Shown: positions 10,559 through 24,627, counted from the first letter of the whole stretch. The stretch is 63,033 bases of DNA, filler included, from Octopus bimaculoides (GCF_001194135.2; 4 parts of 4 records of this genome joined end to end with filler, not necessarily neighbours in it), one strand, 5' to 3'. Numbers and translations are program-made. The notes: a model not told the origin generated them from the letters alone.

Positions 10559-10755
10559 TGGGTGGCGAACTGGCAAAATCATTGCGGCGTTTCGTCTGTC
10601 TTTACGTTCTGAGTTCAAATTCTGCCGAGATCGAATTTGCCTTTTATCATTTCGGGGTTGATAAAATAAGTACCAGTTGATCACTGGGGGCGTTGTAATC
10701 GACTTATCCCCTTTTCTAAATTTGAAGGCCGTCTGCGAAAATTTTAAATCAATAT
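10559..10755 (+). mobile_element. SINE family A
   Basis: ggtggcgaactggcaaaatc...tacgttctgagttcaaattctgccgagatcg...cggggttgataaaataagtaccag...gtaatcgactt. Confidence 0.85.
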
Positions 10756-11659
10756 GATGTCAGCGTTCGAAAGTCGTCCCATGGCTTAGCCTCGTACTGT
10801 CCCTGCGACAACTGCTCGCGCCTCAAGGTGCCTCTTGCGCAAAAGGTGAGACTTGTTTCTAAGCCAAACAAATAAAACCCTTTATTTCCACCCCACACAA
10901 CATAAAGATGAAGAAAGCTATTGCTTAGCCTTCGACCATTCCTGCCTGAGTAAACCTTGGAATAAAAGGAATTCCAGCGTCAACACATAGGAATGACAGA
11001 CTCAGTCGTCATCAGCGATTGTGCCTATAGCAACATATTGTGGCCCTCGAGATTACAGTAAATAACCTTCGGTTTATACGCAGGTGGTTTCATGGTCTCT
11101 GGAATTCTCACTGACTCCCTTCAAGGTCTTTTGCACGGAGCAATAATTGTCGAGCAATAATTGTCGAGCAATAATTGCTGCTTTCCTCAGCGTATTCCAT
11201 TATTTCCTCCTAAGATAGTAAGTTCTGGTTTTGTTATTACTTCCTGTTAATCATGTCGCTGCATAAAAGATCCGTTGTTCTGTTTTCTTTTACCGTTTTT
11301 GTACCTCTTTTTCGGCTGTGTGTCAAATAATGGGCTTCTGTTATTAAGGTAGAGAGGTACAGATTTTTTTAGAGAAACAGAAGTGAAAGTTGTGGCTTTC
11401 ATAATCTCTCATGAGATGTTCCAGATGAACACAGCAATGTGGTTTCGTGTTAACAATGAGAGACATAATGAGTAAGTATTGTTGTTAAAAGCATGATGTT
11501 CTGGTTCTTCTTAAGAACACGGTCAGTTGAAAAGCATGTTGTTCTACTTTCGCTGTTCTGTTTATACTTAACTGTGTGTTTTCATTATTCTTCTCTGTTT
11601 TTTGCTGTTCTTACTGTTTCTGCTTTTCTCATCGACATCTATGTCAACATTATTATTAT

Positions 11660-11729
11660 CGTCAGCGTCACCATCAACACCACCCTCCTCCTCCTCCTCC
11701 TCATCATCATCATCATCGCCACCACCACC

Positions 11730-11761
<32 letters not shown>

Positions 11762-12368
11762 CAACAACCGCCNNNNNNNNNNNNNNNNNNNNNNNNNNNN
11801 NNNNNNNNNNNNNNNNNNNNNNNNNNNNNNNNNNNNNNNNNNNNNNNNNNNNNNNNNNNNNNNNNNNNNNNNNNNNNNNNNNNNNNNNNNNNNNNNNNNN
11901 NNNNNNNNNNNNNNNNNNNNNNNNNNNNNNNNNNNNNNNNNNNNNNNNNNNNNNNNNNNNNNNNNNNNNNNNNNNNNNNNNNNNNNNNNNNNNNNNNNNN
12001 NNNNNNNNNNNNNNNNNNNNNNNNNNNNNNNNNNNNNNNNNNNNNNNNNNNNNNNNNNNNNNNNNNNNNNNNNNNNNNNNNNNNNNNNNNNNNNNNNNNN
12101 NNNNNNNNNNNNNNNNNNNNNNNNNNNNNNNNNNNNNNNNNNNNNNNNNNNNNNNNNNNNNNNNNNNNNNNNNNNNNNNNNNNNNNNNNNNNNNNNNNNN
12201 NNNNNNNNNNNNNNNNNATCACCACCACCACCATCACCCACCACTACCACCGCGCCACCACCACAACACAACAACAACAAAGACGACGATGACGACAACG
12301 ATCACCACCACCGCCACTACAAAAACAACAACAATAACAACAAATATATTAGTTTTCAACATCACAAC

Positions 12369-12400
<32 letters not shown>

Positions 12401-12490
12401 ACACCACAACCATCATCATTATCATCATCATCATCATCATCATCATCATGATCATCATCATCATCATCATCAACACCATCAACATAATAC
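11660..12490 (+). repeat. Compound trinucleotide tract (CCT/CAT/CAC/CAA)n spanning an N-gap
   Basis: Seen directly; it explains the His/Gln/Thr/Asn homopolymer ORFs. Confidence 0.95.
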
Positions 12491-13636
12491 TCGCACCGAC
12501 AATAACACCCTAACAATATTGGTGTAGTGTTCAAGAAATAGGGGCTGCCGGTGGTTTGTATAGGGATACGTAAACGTGTGTGTTGGAGCTCGGTGCCGTA
12601 TATCATAATTTTTATATACATGTATACTCACTAATTTGCTTGCAAGGCAGTACATACATACATGCATACACACACACTAACATAGGTACATAGATGCATA
12701 CATACATGCACAGAGATACGAACATGCATACACACATACATACATTCACACACATACATATATACATACACGCATACATACATGCATGCATATATACATA
12801 CATATATACAAACATACACTCACACTCATACACACACGCGCACACATGTATATGCCAATAAATAATCTCAAATTAACGTTTATTCATATAACAGATTTCA
12901 TATTCTGTGAATAAAAACCCATACATAACTAGAGTTTTTTTTCTTCTTCCTTTGAGATTTTAAGTGCCACTTTATTTGTCCCTCATTCGTAATGAGACAA
13001 AATAAAATGAAAGTGAAGACATTTCTCCTTCGTATTTACACGAAAAAAAAAAAGGAGAAAAAATTAAATTATACGTGAAGATAATTGCCGCTAAGCCATT
13101 CGGTAAGAGTATCGTCTGCACGATTGACATCAACTGTAGAGATCGTCTGCCCAGTTGATTTTCGGAGCGCCTCATGTTTAATGAAGCTTCTCTGTATGTG
13201 ATTACCTACCTATCGAAAGATATAATCTCCAGCCGTGTTTATACAGTCGAGCCAGCTGTCAACACTAGCTGAGGGACCCCCTAAGGAATGGGTGGCCGCA
13301 ATTTGTATATGTAGAAAAGTCGGTGTGTCTATTTCGTCATCCGATGCTATAGTGTTCTCCCCTCTATTTTTTTGTATTAGAATTCACACTATTCTCAACG
13401 GAATGTCTTGGAATCAAAGTAAAACAGTCAGCGGGTGCGGAGTGGTGGGGAAAAGTGTTATCGAAAGAAGGTCATGCCATGTCAAGCAATTTCTCTTTTT
13501 TAACAAATATATCTAAAGAAATGGTCGTGTCCATTTAAAGACTGGCGGAATTGCTTCCTGTGTGAGAATTTCGATGGTTTCCACGTGTAACATAGAAACA
13601 CTATCTGAATTTCTCGACTGTTCATTCCATCCTGCT

Positions 13637-13678
<42 letters not shown>

Positions 13679-16600
13679 ACTCAGCTTATGTACTAACACC
13701 TATTAGATTTCACACATCAAATTAATATTTGATTCATAGGTTGTACCAAACAATCCTAAATCAATAAAACTTTATCGCTTCTTTCACTCTTTCTGTTTCC
13801 TTACAAGGGCTTCCTGTTTTTATGGTATATAAATTTATGCTCAATCTGATTTCACCAGATTACTTTTTTCAAAACGATGTCATCTCAGTCTTCTCCACCG
13901 TGATCAAGATAAGTGGAATGTTCAGAAATGCTTTCTCTCGTGGGCATATTTATAAAGAGATAACTATATATAATACACCCATTTTTTAAACATGGATTTA
14001 TAATATATAGATTGATATGCCGGATCTAGTTATTTTTCATTTGCAAAATATGCATTTTTTAAAGGACAGTAAAAAATCTGAAAATCGGCTATAATAATGT
14101 AGCCGTCCAGTCTAATTGTTTTGAAGGTATAATGTGGATAAAAACAATTGGAGAAAAAAGTTACAAAGGTTTAAAAATCGGAAAAACTATATACTTTTAG
14201 CTAATAACGAAATAGAAATTTTCTGCAATTAGCGGAGTGGTGTCAACTTTAAGGATGTACCCTGTGAAATTTAGAGTTTAGCGTCTGACCTGTTCATTGC
14301 TGGTTTCTAAATAAACAGAAATACCTAATAAAATCAGCATGTATCATCGTACTGTTTCTTTTGTCTCTTCATTGATTGTATGGTTTTATTATTATTTTTT
14401 AAATTTATTATATTAATATATTTGTCTGCATGTATTTACTTTATGCGTATTTCAGTATTATGTATACCTGTCGTGTATTTGTGTACATCATTAATACAAA
14501 AGTGCATGTGGATGTATGTATTCATATATAAGTTTATATCTACATTTATGCCTTCATGTGTGTGTGTGTGTGTGTGTGTGAAGGGGGCGTGTGTCTCCAA
14601 ACTCCAAAACTGAGTAACGTTTTCATGGTTGGATTTGTAAACTACGATAAGAATAACACTGGTCAACAAAGAATTTATCCCAAGAAAAAGAAGACCTGTA
14701 TCTTATATGGTTTTGCATGCAGAATTTTTAAAAAATGTCAAATTATCTGTATCACCCACAGTTCCTTTGTTTCACGATATCCCTCTCAGTTCCTATTACG
14801 TGGGCTAAATTTCAGTTAAGCTGTTGAAATGTGAAGCTAACGGTTTAAGAAATACCCCTAATTTAAATTATTATGAACAGAATTAGCCTCAGCTATCTGA
14901 GTCAATGAGTCCAAAAAATATATGAAAAAAAAAAAATGTAAAAATACTAACACAGAAAAAGCACAGAAAAATACTAACACACGGAAAAAAGCACAGAAGA
15001 ATGAAAAAAGTACAGAAAAATACTGACACACGGAAGCACAAAAATATGTAATATACTAACTCATAATAAAATTAAAACAAAACACGCGGGGGAAAAGAAT
15101 CTCGTGGTGTGAAGAATTAAGTGTGAAAAATCAATATAGACAAAAGAGGCACAGACAACAGTGAACCACAACATAGCGTGTGGTTGTCATGGTAACAAGC
15201 TGCTAATGCCATGTTGTCTGTTGATTGGCTAAAATTACCCAAAATTCCCAATCTTAATGCTAAATAACATCAGGTTCTTTAATTTACGAGATAAAGTAAT
15301 TGGTTGGTCGTAATCAAAATTCAGAGTTGCAGATTGAAAGCAATCTGAGCAAAATTAAGGAGGGCTCATTTTGCGAATGAGAAAGACTAGATACGATATG
15401 TCTTTATAAATAGGCAGCCCCCCCCCCCACGTACACACACGTACAGTCTTATGTATTTCACATTTTTTCGTTGTTCGGTATGTATTTCCGAAAGACGAAG
15501 TAAGTTGCCAGTGAAAAAATGGGATATACACTTTCTAGCTCTTCGAGATGCAAATCTCTTTGGTCACTGAAGCGTAACATACTGCATGAATTAAGACCAA
15601 CTTTTAGTAATGTACATAGATGCATATTTATAAAATGGACCGGACGTGCCTTTCGTATCCTTTACTTGGAGCCCAGATACTTCATCAGATATGGAACTTG
15701 CCTCATATAAGACTGATTGTGACGTATAGTTATTGAAAGACAAATACATCTTAGGCCCGTGCATATATCGTTTCACTGCATTGGCACCGACTGCTTTACA
15801 TATGCGAATCAACAATTACATAAGGACTTTGATGTTTATTATCATCTTTGATGAAACTTGGGCTCATAAGGACTGTATTATATTTTATATGTCAAAGATG
15901 AGTTGAGTATCATTTTATAGACTCAGTAAAATATGTTGCCACATACTGTTGTGTCGTCGCCCTCAGGTGAAGAAGTAGGATCTCCCAAGACATATAAATA
16001 AAAGTAGTCTGGCCGTGGTAGGTCTGTTGAGTAGAAGTCGTGCGTTGAGTAGCAGTCGTGTGTTGAGTAACAGTCGTGTGTTGAGTAGCAGTCGAGTAGC
16101 AGTTGTGTAGCGGTTGAGTAGAGATCATCCGAAGGTGCTAGATAGCAGTAGCGTTGAGACATAATACATACTTAGGACAAAAGAGAATCGATTTTAACAT
16201 AGCGACTTTGATAAAACTTGGGCTCATAATAAATGTTGCTCGTAACATATTGTTTTGGCAAGCACTTTAATGACTTCTGAATTATAGCCTTTATTTATAA
16301 TCGGGAAGCCTAAACTTTGATATCCACAATGACCACCGTAGTTTCAACAAATAAACAACAGTATCCTTCATACAGTTTAGAGTCGTTCTATTTTTCTCTG
16401 TCTATTTGCTTCTCCGCAGTTACAAGTCCAGTCAAGGTAGTTCTGTCGTTAAACAGTCAAAATTTCGTCAAGAAAAGTTCTTTCTTTCATTCTGTTTTTT
16501 TGTTGTTGTTTTTTTTTTTGGTTTTTTAGAGTGTTACGCTTTTATCATGTTTTTGAATTTTATGGCCACGTTTCATAGAAATCTTATACTGTCACCAAGT

Positions 16601-17331
16601 AGATACTAGCAAGTCACTGAATGGTTCCAATTCATTTGCTACCCTAACAGTCTGGTGAGTTTTTCCATTCCTTGGGCTGGAGTTATGTGGTAGCTATCCA
16701 AATAATTTTGTATCTAGCGTAGCGAGTGACGTGTGTTAACCACTTAAAAAGCAGGCGATCTCCCTCTGGTATTCTGATGAGCATTTTTCTGGATTAACAA
16801 CTTGTTTCATCAGAAAGTTGAAAGTCTGCTCTAGTTAGTTTCTTCCTCCTAGTGTCATTTACTGCGGAATTCCTTATTAAAAGAATATGTATCCTAGTTG
16901 TTCATGGCAATCTTAACAATAAACACAATATAACGATCTTATAATAAAAGGGGGGGGGGAAACCTTCAAACTTGACATTCCAATATGTAACGGACAGCGG
17001 AGTGGTACTAAAAGATGGCAAATTCTATGCAGATATTTTATGAGATGGTTACGTCGTAGCAGAAGTTTATAAAACAATTATGTTTGTTTAGGCCACAGCA
17101 TACGGTATTAATACATGGCGAAATTATATTATACTAATTTGATTTGGGACAATAATAATTTGCTCATCTTCCACTGCCGGTTATCAACAAGCGAATTACG
17201 TAAATACACACTTATTTCTCTTTCACAATGCTAAATATTTCATTAGCTATAATATACATTACTGTATTCTACATTGATTAATTTCACATTTCAGTACAAG
17301 TGTCAATATGTATTAAACTTGCGTATCTTAC

Positions 17332-17384
17332 ACATCTGGGTCGTGACTTGTAGTATGGCAAGAGATGAAACTCTGTGATATCGT
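17332..17384 (-). CDS. Candidate internal exon of the minus-strand host gene
   Basis: Acceptor ctcctctctgatcctag and donor T/GTAAGA, 53 bp. Phase 1 reads (D)DITEFHLLPYYKSRPRC, compatible with the phase-1 end of the 25162 exon. All three frames are open, so support is weak. Confidence 0.3.
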
Positions 17385-18109
17385 CTAGGATCAGAGAGGA
17401 GTTTATTACAAATAAAATAATGAAGAAACCAATATGTTCGTTGAAGACCATGCGATTAAAACATTCCGACAAGAAATAATGAAATAAGGCGTTTATCATA
17501 CAAGTGATCTAAAACCAATGGTTTTAAAGGCGCAAGTATTAAAGATAGTGCTCAAGAGGAGAATTGTTTCCCTTTCCCCTTCCAAGCTACGCCATGTTTA
17601 TATGCTTGTATGCTTGAAAGTGTGTAAAACGTAGTCACTCGATAAATAGATACTGATATAAAAATATCAGAATAAATTAAATATTGGAATGATATGATCG
17701 ACTAAATTCTTTGAAGGCAGTGCTCCAGCATTGCTGCCGTCCATTGGCAGTTAACAATGGGAAAAGCAAAAAGAAATACGTAAATACTTTAAGAAATGCA
17801 TACCCGTGGTCATAATGAGAAAAAAAGCAGGACAAATTCCCACTCACGTACATAGATACACGATTATGTGCATGTGTGTGTGTATACACACACACATACA
17901 CACACACATATATATATATAAATATATANNNNNNNNNNNNNNNNNNNNNNNNNNNNNNNNNNNNNNNNNNNNNNNNNNNNNNNNNNNNNNNNNNNNNNNN
18001 NNNNNNNNNNNNNNNNNNNNNNNNNNNNNNNNNNNNNNNNNNNNNNNNNNNNNNNNNNNNNNNNNNNNNNNNNNNNNNNNNATTTATATATAGTGGGGGA
18101 ATAAAAGAT

Positions 18110-18212
18110 AGAGTAAGAGTCGTACAAAATTTGAACTCTGAACGTGCAGACGGAAAAAATGCCACTAAGCATTTTGTCTGGCATGCTAACGATCCTGTCA
18201 GCTCATCGCCTT
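18110..18212 (-). mobile_element. SINE family A, 5' part
   Basis: Revcomp reads ggcgatgagctgacaggatcgttagcatgccagacaaaatgcttagtggc...acgttcagagttcaaatt. Confidence 0.75.
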
Positions 18213-18252
18213 ATAGCATATAGTGTTGTTATGACTTCTGCCTTCTTCATAA

Positions 18253-18614
18253 ATGAGGCAGAACTCACATGATGACCTAACCAAAAATAAGAATTACTGC
18301 GGGTTAGACGATGACAACTTCAAAGGACGCTATGCAAATCACCTGTCTTCTTTCCGGTACATCGACAAAAATAAAACCACCAAGCTGGTTGGCCACATAT
18401 GGAGTTTGAAGACCAACTCTACTGTACATACAATCGAGTGGAAAATCGTAAAAAATCCATGCCACATGTTGATGAGTGTAAGAAATGCAGCTTACGCGTA
18501 CCTGAAAGATCACATATCCTCTTTAGATCCAAAAATCCCACCGCAATGCTGAATTCCAGATTAGAAATTTTCAGCGAATGCAGACATATAGGCAACATTC
18601 TTTTTGCGAACTGA
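18253..18614 (+). mobile_element. Penelope-like element, GIY-YIG endonuclease C-terminal fragment (frameshifted)
   Basis: Reads NYCGLDDDNFKGRYANHLSSFRYIDKNKTTKLVGHIWSLK...IEWKIVK, then after a frameshift CKKCSLRVPERSHILFRSKNPTAMLNSRLEIFSECRH. This fits the YxG..FK.RY.NH, WKI and LN.R.E...CRH pattern of PLE endonucleases. Confidence 0.85.
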
Positions 18615-18934
18615 AGGGCAATACCCTTTCCGGATTAAACAACTGCATCACAGACTTTGGACCCCTTTCTACTGATTCATTCTACAATAGCTAACATTAT
18701 TATGACTTTACGGTCAAAGGGGACATAACTCTACTTTCAATTATTTTTTTCTTTTTCCGTTATTATTTCATCTTTACAGTTTTTTCTCGTGATTTCTCTT
18801 GTTCTAGTCTCCTGATTTGTAAATTGTGTATGCCATGTGTTCATTGGAGACACAAGACGTGTTATTTAAACTTGCCTGGACTATATCTTCAATGCATGAA
18901 ACTACTATCAACACGTAACTGTATACAGTGTACA

Positions 18935-18965
<31 letters not shown>

Positions 18966-20048
18966 NNNNNNNNNNNNNNNNNNNNNNNNNNNNNNNNNNN
19001 NNNNNNNNNNNNNNNNNNNNNNNNNNNNNNNNNNNNNNNNNNNNNNNNNNNNNNNNNNNNNNNNNNNNNNNNNNNNNNNNNNNNNNNNNNNNNNNNNNNN
19101 NNNNNNNNNNNNNNNNNNNATATATACATGATAAACGTATCCAGAAGACACATCAAAATCTGAGGGAGAAAAGTGCTTAAATCAACATTTCTATTCAAAT
19201 TTGACTTTATGCAAATTTCTATTCGAAAAGAAATTTTACAACGTAATCGACTTGGATATTGAAATGGTCGGGTCATTGTCTGATTTAAACAATCAGTTTC
19301 TATAATTTGGATGTAATGATAGTGATTCTAAGACACTGACAGCGCTACCATCGCTATTTCTCCCCATCTCTCTGCATCCCTCTATATATATATCTAAAAC
19401 TCTATACTCCTCTATCTCTCAATCTCTACCTCCTGCTCTGTTTCTCTCGTTTTCTCTGAACTATGTCATATGGCCAGCGGCTTTAATTCATAATGGACTA
19501 GAGATGCAATTTTAATTAACTTCAGATATTGAAAAGCTAATATTATGAAAGTCGCTGATCATTAATTTAGCTGTCTGGTAAACACATTAGTGCAAACAAA
19601 CGATCACTATTTTTCCGTTTGCTTTTTCTTTTATCTTTCTTCTCTCCTTTCTTTCTTTCTTTCGTTCTTTCTTTCTTGCTTGCTTACTTTCTTTCTGTCT
19701 TCCTTTCTTTTCGCTGTATAGACTGCAAAAAGACGGAGCAACAGAGAATGAATTATATAATGACTTGAGCAAAACAATATAACAGTGAAGGAGCAGACGA
19801 TTTAAAAGAAGAATAAGGAAAGGAAGAAAAATGGAGTAAAGGAACGTAGAAGGGAAGAAAAAATACGAGACGGGTGGAAGGAAGGAAGGAAAGAAAGAAA
19901 GGTGGGAATTAATTTTTGATATAAAACTTTTGACTGAATATTCAAACAAATTATATTAGACTTGGTGTCTTTTACAGTTTTATAAAACTATAGATTAATA
20001 ATTTACAAGAGTTTCAGTTAAATTTGTTTGTACATATGTTCACGCACG

Positions 20049-20107
<59 letters not shown>

Positions 20108-21473
20108 GTACACACAAACTCATATATACACACAGGTATATATACATATATACACACGGGTATATATATATATATATATATATATATAATCAATCCAAAC
20201 ATGAACAAGCAAGAAAAAAACACGGAAAAACAACAACACGAGGACGTGGAATAAGTACAGTGTTATTGGACTCTCAAGAAAGGAAAGAAAAGAAAGAGGA
20301 TTTCATGTTTCGAGCGGAGGTTTCTGGATATTCAGCAATGTATTTAATACTTGACCGAAAAGGACCAAAAGCCATCAGTCTCTTTTGTTGAACCGTTAAG
20401 TTACGAGGACATAAATACACAACACCGGTTGTCAAGCGGTGGTGGTGGTNNNNNNNNNNNNNNNNNNNNNNNNNNNNNNNNNNNNNNNNNNNNTTAATTA
20501 ATTAANNNNNNNNNNNNNNNNNNNNNNNNNNNNNNNNNNNNNNNNNNNNATATACACATTCATATATATATATGCAGTACGTATATATATGTATATATAT
20601 GGATATGTGTGTATCTAAATAATACATACACATATGTTAACAGATATGCAATCATGCATGCATATATCTTTATGTTAACGTTACAGTTCTATGCCTTTGT
20701 TGATATTCGTGTTTCTGTTTTGTGATCTAGTCATAAAAATTGCAATGATATTATATATGCCGTTAAAACATCACTCCATTCTCTCGTAAAATAGCCTTGC
20801 TCAGCCAAAGAAAAAAAAAAATACGAATTACTTTCAATATTGCTTTGTGTCTTATACTCTGTCCTTGTTTAAAGAATCTCTGCTCTATGCATATTTTATA
20901 ATATAATTCATCATTCTTTTTTAGAGACTATTATGAGTAGATCATAGCCATGGTGATTGTCAACCGTTTGCAGACCAAGAACAACGGTAGTCAATAGATA
21001 CTTTCGGCTGATATGTGAGTGTCAGGTATATATCAAAGGATGTACTTCATGTCTATAGAAAGTTTGTTTCCTTCATTTTATCCGCTGGTAATATGGTCAA
21101 TCCTTATATCTGAAAGACAATTACAAGTTTACAGAAAGACAATTATATTGTGTGTTATGTACTGTGTGATGCAATGTCGATAAAACACTGGACATGTTTT
21201 TTTTTTCTCCTCAAGAGAATAATATGGTTTAGATCTTCTGTCTACGGGGAAAAAGAAATGTTCTGATAAGACGGTTTAGGCGGAAGAGAATAAGGCTGCG
21301 ACTCAAAGAAGCAATCAAAATACGAAGGTTTTAGACAAAAATAATGTTCTTCACAAGTGATGATACTCGTCAGTGGTCTATCGGATATCACTGGATTTTA
21401 TTTATCTTATATGAAGAAAGGAGATCAATGGTCAGAGCTTTGATCTTCTCTATACAAATATAAGTCCTTATGC

Positions 21474-21537
<64 letters not shown>

Positions 21538-21783
21538 ATATATACATACCTGCATACATACACACATGCGCGCATATACACATGTTTGTGCGTTTGCACA
21601 CACACACATTTATGTGAGAGTATGTTATATGTTAAAATATACATTCTGAATACATAAAAACAATTAAAGGGACATGACTCAATGCATAGTGTGGTATAGT
21701 CATCAAAAAAGTATTGCTCGATAACGTACTTCTACTTCTACTTCTTCGTTCTTTCCTCCTCCTACTTATATTGTTATACCTAC

Positions 21784-21820
<37 letters not shown>

Positions 21821-21895
21821 GACTCCTATACATAACGTCACACTAAGCACACACACGCATATACACATACTTACACATATACACCAATCCAAACA

Positions 21896-21943
<48 letters not shown>

Positions 21944-23557
21944 TACACAGAGTGTCACGCTGCAATCATTATTTGAGTTCTGGTTCAGTTTCGATCTCCA
22001 GGTGGTCTAGAGCTATGATGTGTTGTATGATGGCCATATTTATCCAGCAGAGGGCCGAGAGGAAGGTTCCATGAAAGTAGGCTAAGGGCAGTGTACACGT
22101 ACGTCGTCTAATGAGGCTGTTCTGTCTTTATTGTGCGCTTTTTGTAGACGAAGAGAATTCCACTCGTCAGGCGGTTCACTACAATTGGTCATTGTTAACC
22201 GCTCACCTGATATATTGATAAGAAGTCTCGCATTTTTCAAAAAAGAGTTTTTACATTTCATTCTATATTTGCTAACGTATCGGACAAGTTGAAATAAGTT
22301 AAAACTATTTCCATTTTATTAAAAAAATATAATATGCCCACCACTTTTTAATTATCACAGCCCCTTCCCAGATGTAGACTCACCACTTTGTGAAACAAGG
22401 AACTAAAAAGCTATTGATGTTTGACAAATGCACAAGTCTTAGCATTTGCAAGAATAAGTGAAAGTTATTCCAATCCTATATGAAATGCATCTAAGATTTG
22501 ATAAATGACATCAAATGAAATGTGTAGACATCAAAAATTCGATTGTAGGTCTCTGATACTGGAACCCCGACGCCAATAATTTTCTTTTCGTGTCATTTTT
22601 TAAGAATCCTTAATAACTTTTAAGTTTGATTGAACAGTGCATGCATTATTTCTGTTTTTACTCTTTCTTTCCTCAGACCTATTTTTTCAGACATTAAAAG
22701 TCTACACTTGGTCAATGATTTCATAATAATACTGAAACCTATCATAAGATCCTTTTGCTTTATCGAAATAATGTAAATAGTAATCACTAATTAATATTGT
22801 TTTCGTATTCCTTGGAGCTGCATAATGTTTTCAGTTAAGCATTTGCTCACGTGTCACGCAAAATATGCTGAAACTGAATGAACTTGTGTTACTGAGAGTT
22901 GCACAAGAGTGGTCAATTATAAATGACCACAAATCTGTAGCGAATACCAGACAAATGCCGGTGCAGACCTCTCCTCCATCAGCGGTTTCATCTTGGATGT
23001 TTCGTTGCGTCCAATCTGGAAGAGCCGAGAGCGTCTGTGCTTGCTCGCGATTGCATAGGCAATTAAAACACAAAATATAGTCGTATTCATTTGCGTTTGA
23101 GGACTGGTTGTAATGATTCCTCTGTATAGGAGAGTTATCTCAGTTGCAAGCAACCGACCCAGGTTTTCAATCTAAGAATATCAATATCTTCCTTATACTT
23201 TCTCCCACTAAAACAGACTGTACAAAATCTTCATGAACAGCGCCTTTCTCCTCTTCTTGAACCATCGCTTCTCTCCCACAAAACAAAATAGCAACTTCAT
23301 TTCACCACGTAGTAGCATGTGTAGGTGTTCTTTATCAAAACAAATCCTTGTTGCAAAACTGTTGATAGGAAAAATGTTTTGGTGAATATAATCTCTCGGC
23401 TTGTTCTTCAAGCAAAAGATTTCAATTCCAGCATATACTATTTCTCATTGTTGATAATTCTACGTGATCGAAAAAGAATTCGAACTTTACAAAATCTATC
23501 TCTCCTTAAATTCTCAGAATATATATTGAAGCAACTATCAGGTTTTGACTGCACACG

Positions 23558-23772
23558 TACTTTTATCCAAAGTTCCTCGCTTTGATATAAGAAAATGCAG
23601 GAAGATTAGTTAATTATAATTTTACTGAACATATTCCCTTCTCAGATTCACACTCTTGTTTCAGCGGCCCTTCAGTTTTTCTAAGCCTTGTAAAAGAACT
23701 AGAAATGTTGGGCTTCCAGCCAGGCCTTTCGTGACACCCTTAAAGCCAGGAACTTTTCAGCACCTCCTCGTA
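23558..23772 (-). mobile_element. Short mariner-derived MITE
   Basis: Right TIR revcomp is tacgaggaggtgctgaaaagttcctggcttt and the left remnant is aaagttcctcgcttt. The interior resembles a mariner transposase 3' end (GLEKLEGR*NKSVNLRREYV). Confidence 0.7.
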
Positions 23773-24551
23773 TTATGTAAGCAGATTAAGTGATGAGGTG
23801 TGATTCAAACTACAGTATGATTTTAAGACATCTAACTTTAGACAGAGGAAAATATATTCAGAAAAGTAAGAAGGAAAAATAAAAAAAAATGAAAGGTTTT
23901 CCATTTTAAACGGAGTTTAGTAATAAATGAAGCAACTGTGGCGAAATACTGCAGCATTTGTATGAAATGTTAAACAAATCATATACATTGGTAAAATGCC
24001 AAACATAACTTTGCTATTTTCTTAGATTCCACGCCTCTCTCTGTTAAAGGACCCAGAACGGTTCATGTAAACGGTTGTGTTATTTATATACGTTTTATTG
24101 CATAACATGACGGTAGGTTCAAATGAAAGCGAATTTTTTGTTATCTTATTTTGGTAGAAGAGTAGTATATTAAAAGAAGGGCAACAGTAGCAACGGTAAC
24201 AAAAAATAACAATAGCAATAAAAGAAATAACGACTACATTGATAACATAAACATAAGAGCTACAGTGTTTTAAGACGCTAGCTTAGAGTTTGAGAGGGAG
24301 TTTAGCTGCTGTCTGCAAGCCTGCTTAGTTTACCAGCACTCCCTTAGTACTTGATTGCATTTAGTAAGAACCCTGTCTAAATAATGTTCAACCTGGTGAT
24401 ATTGACTTGTACCTGTTCACGCTGGCTGTCTATCGGTCGTATCAGTTTTACAAATACGTAAGGGTCTACTAAAAGAATAGGCACTCTTCACCACATTCTG
24501 GCTCATTTCTTTTCCGTTCCACCGAAAACGTAGATGCTCTTTCGAACAACA

Positions 24552-24557
24552 ACAGTA

Positions 24558-24627
<70 letters not shown>
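24552..24627 (+). repeat. (TAG)n microsatellite
   Basis: Seen directly. Confidence 0.95.

Noticed and set aside
15960-16120. 18-bp array as CRISPR-like
   Set aside because: The units are contiguous with no unique spacers, and the context is eukaryotic.
20494-20505. TTAATTAATTAA flanked by N runs (also at 51001 and 59845)
   Set aside because: An identical six-frame-stop spacer inside fixed-size gaps is an assembly linker, not biology.
23640-23778. Apparent plus-strand exon with a GTAAGC donor (RPFSFSKPCKRTRNVGLPARPF...)
   Set aside because: It is the antisense of a mariner MITE with a recognisable TIR.
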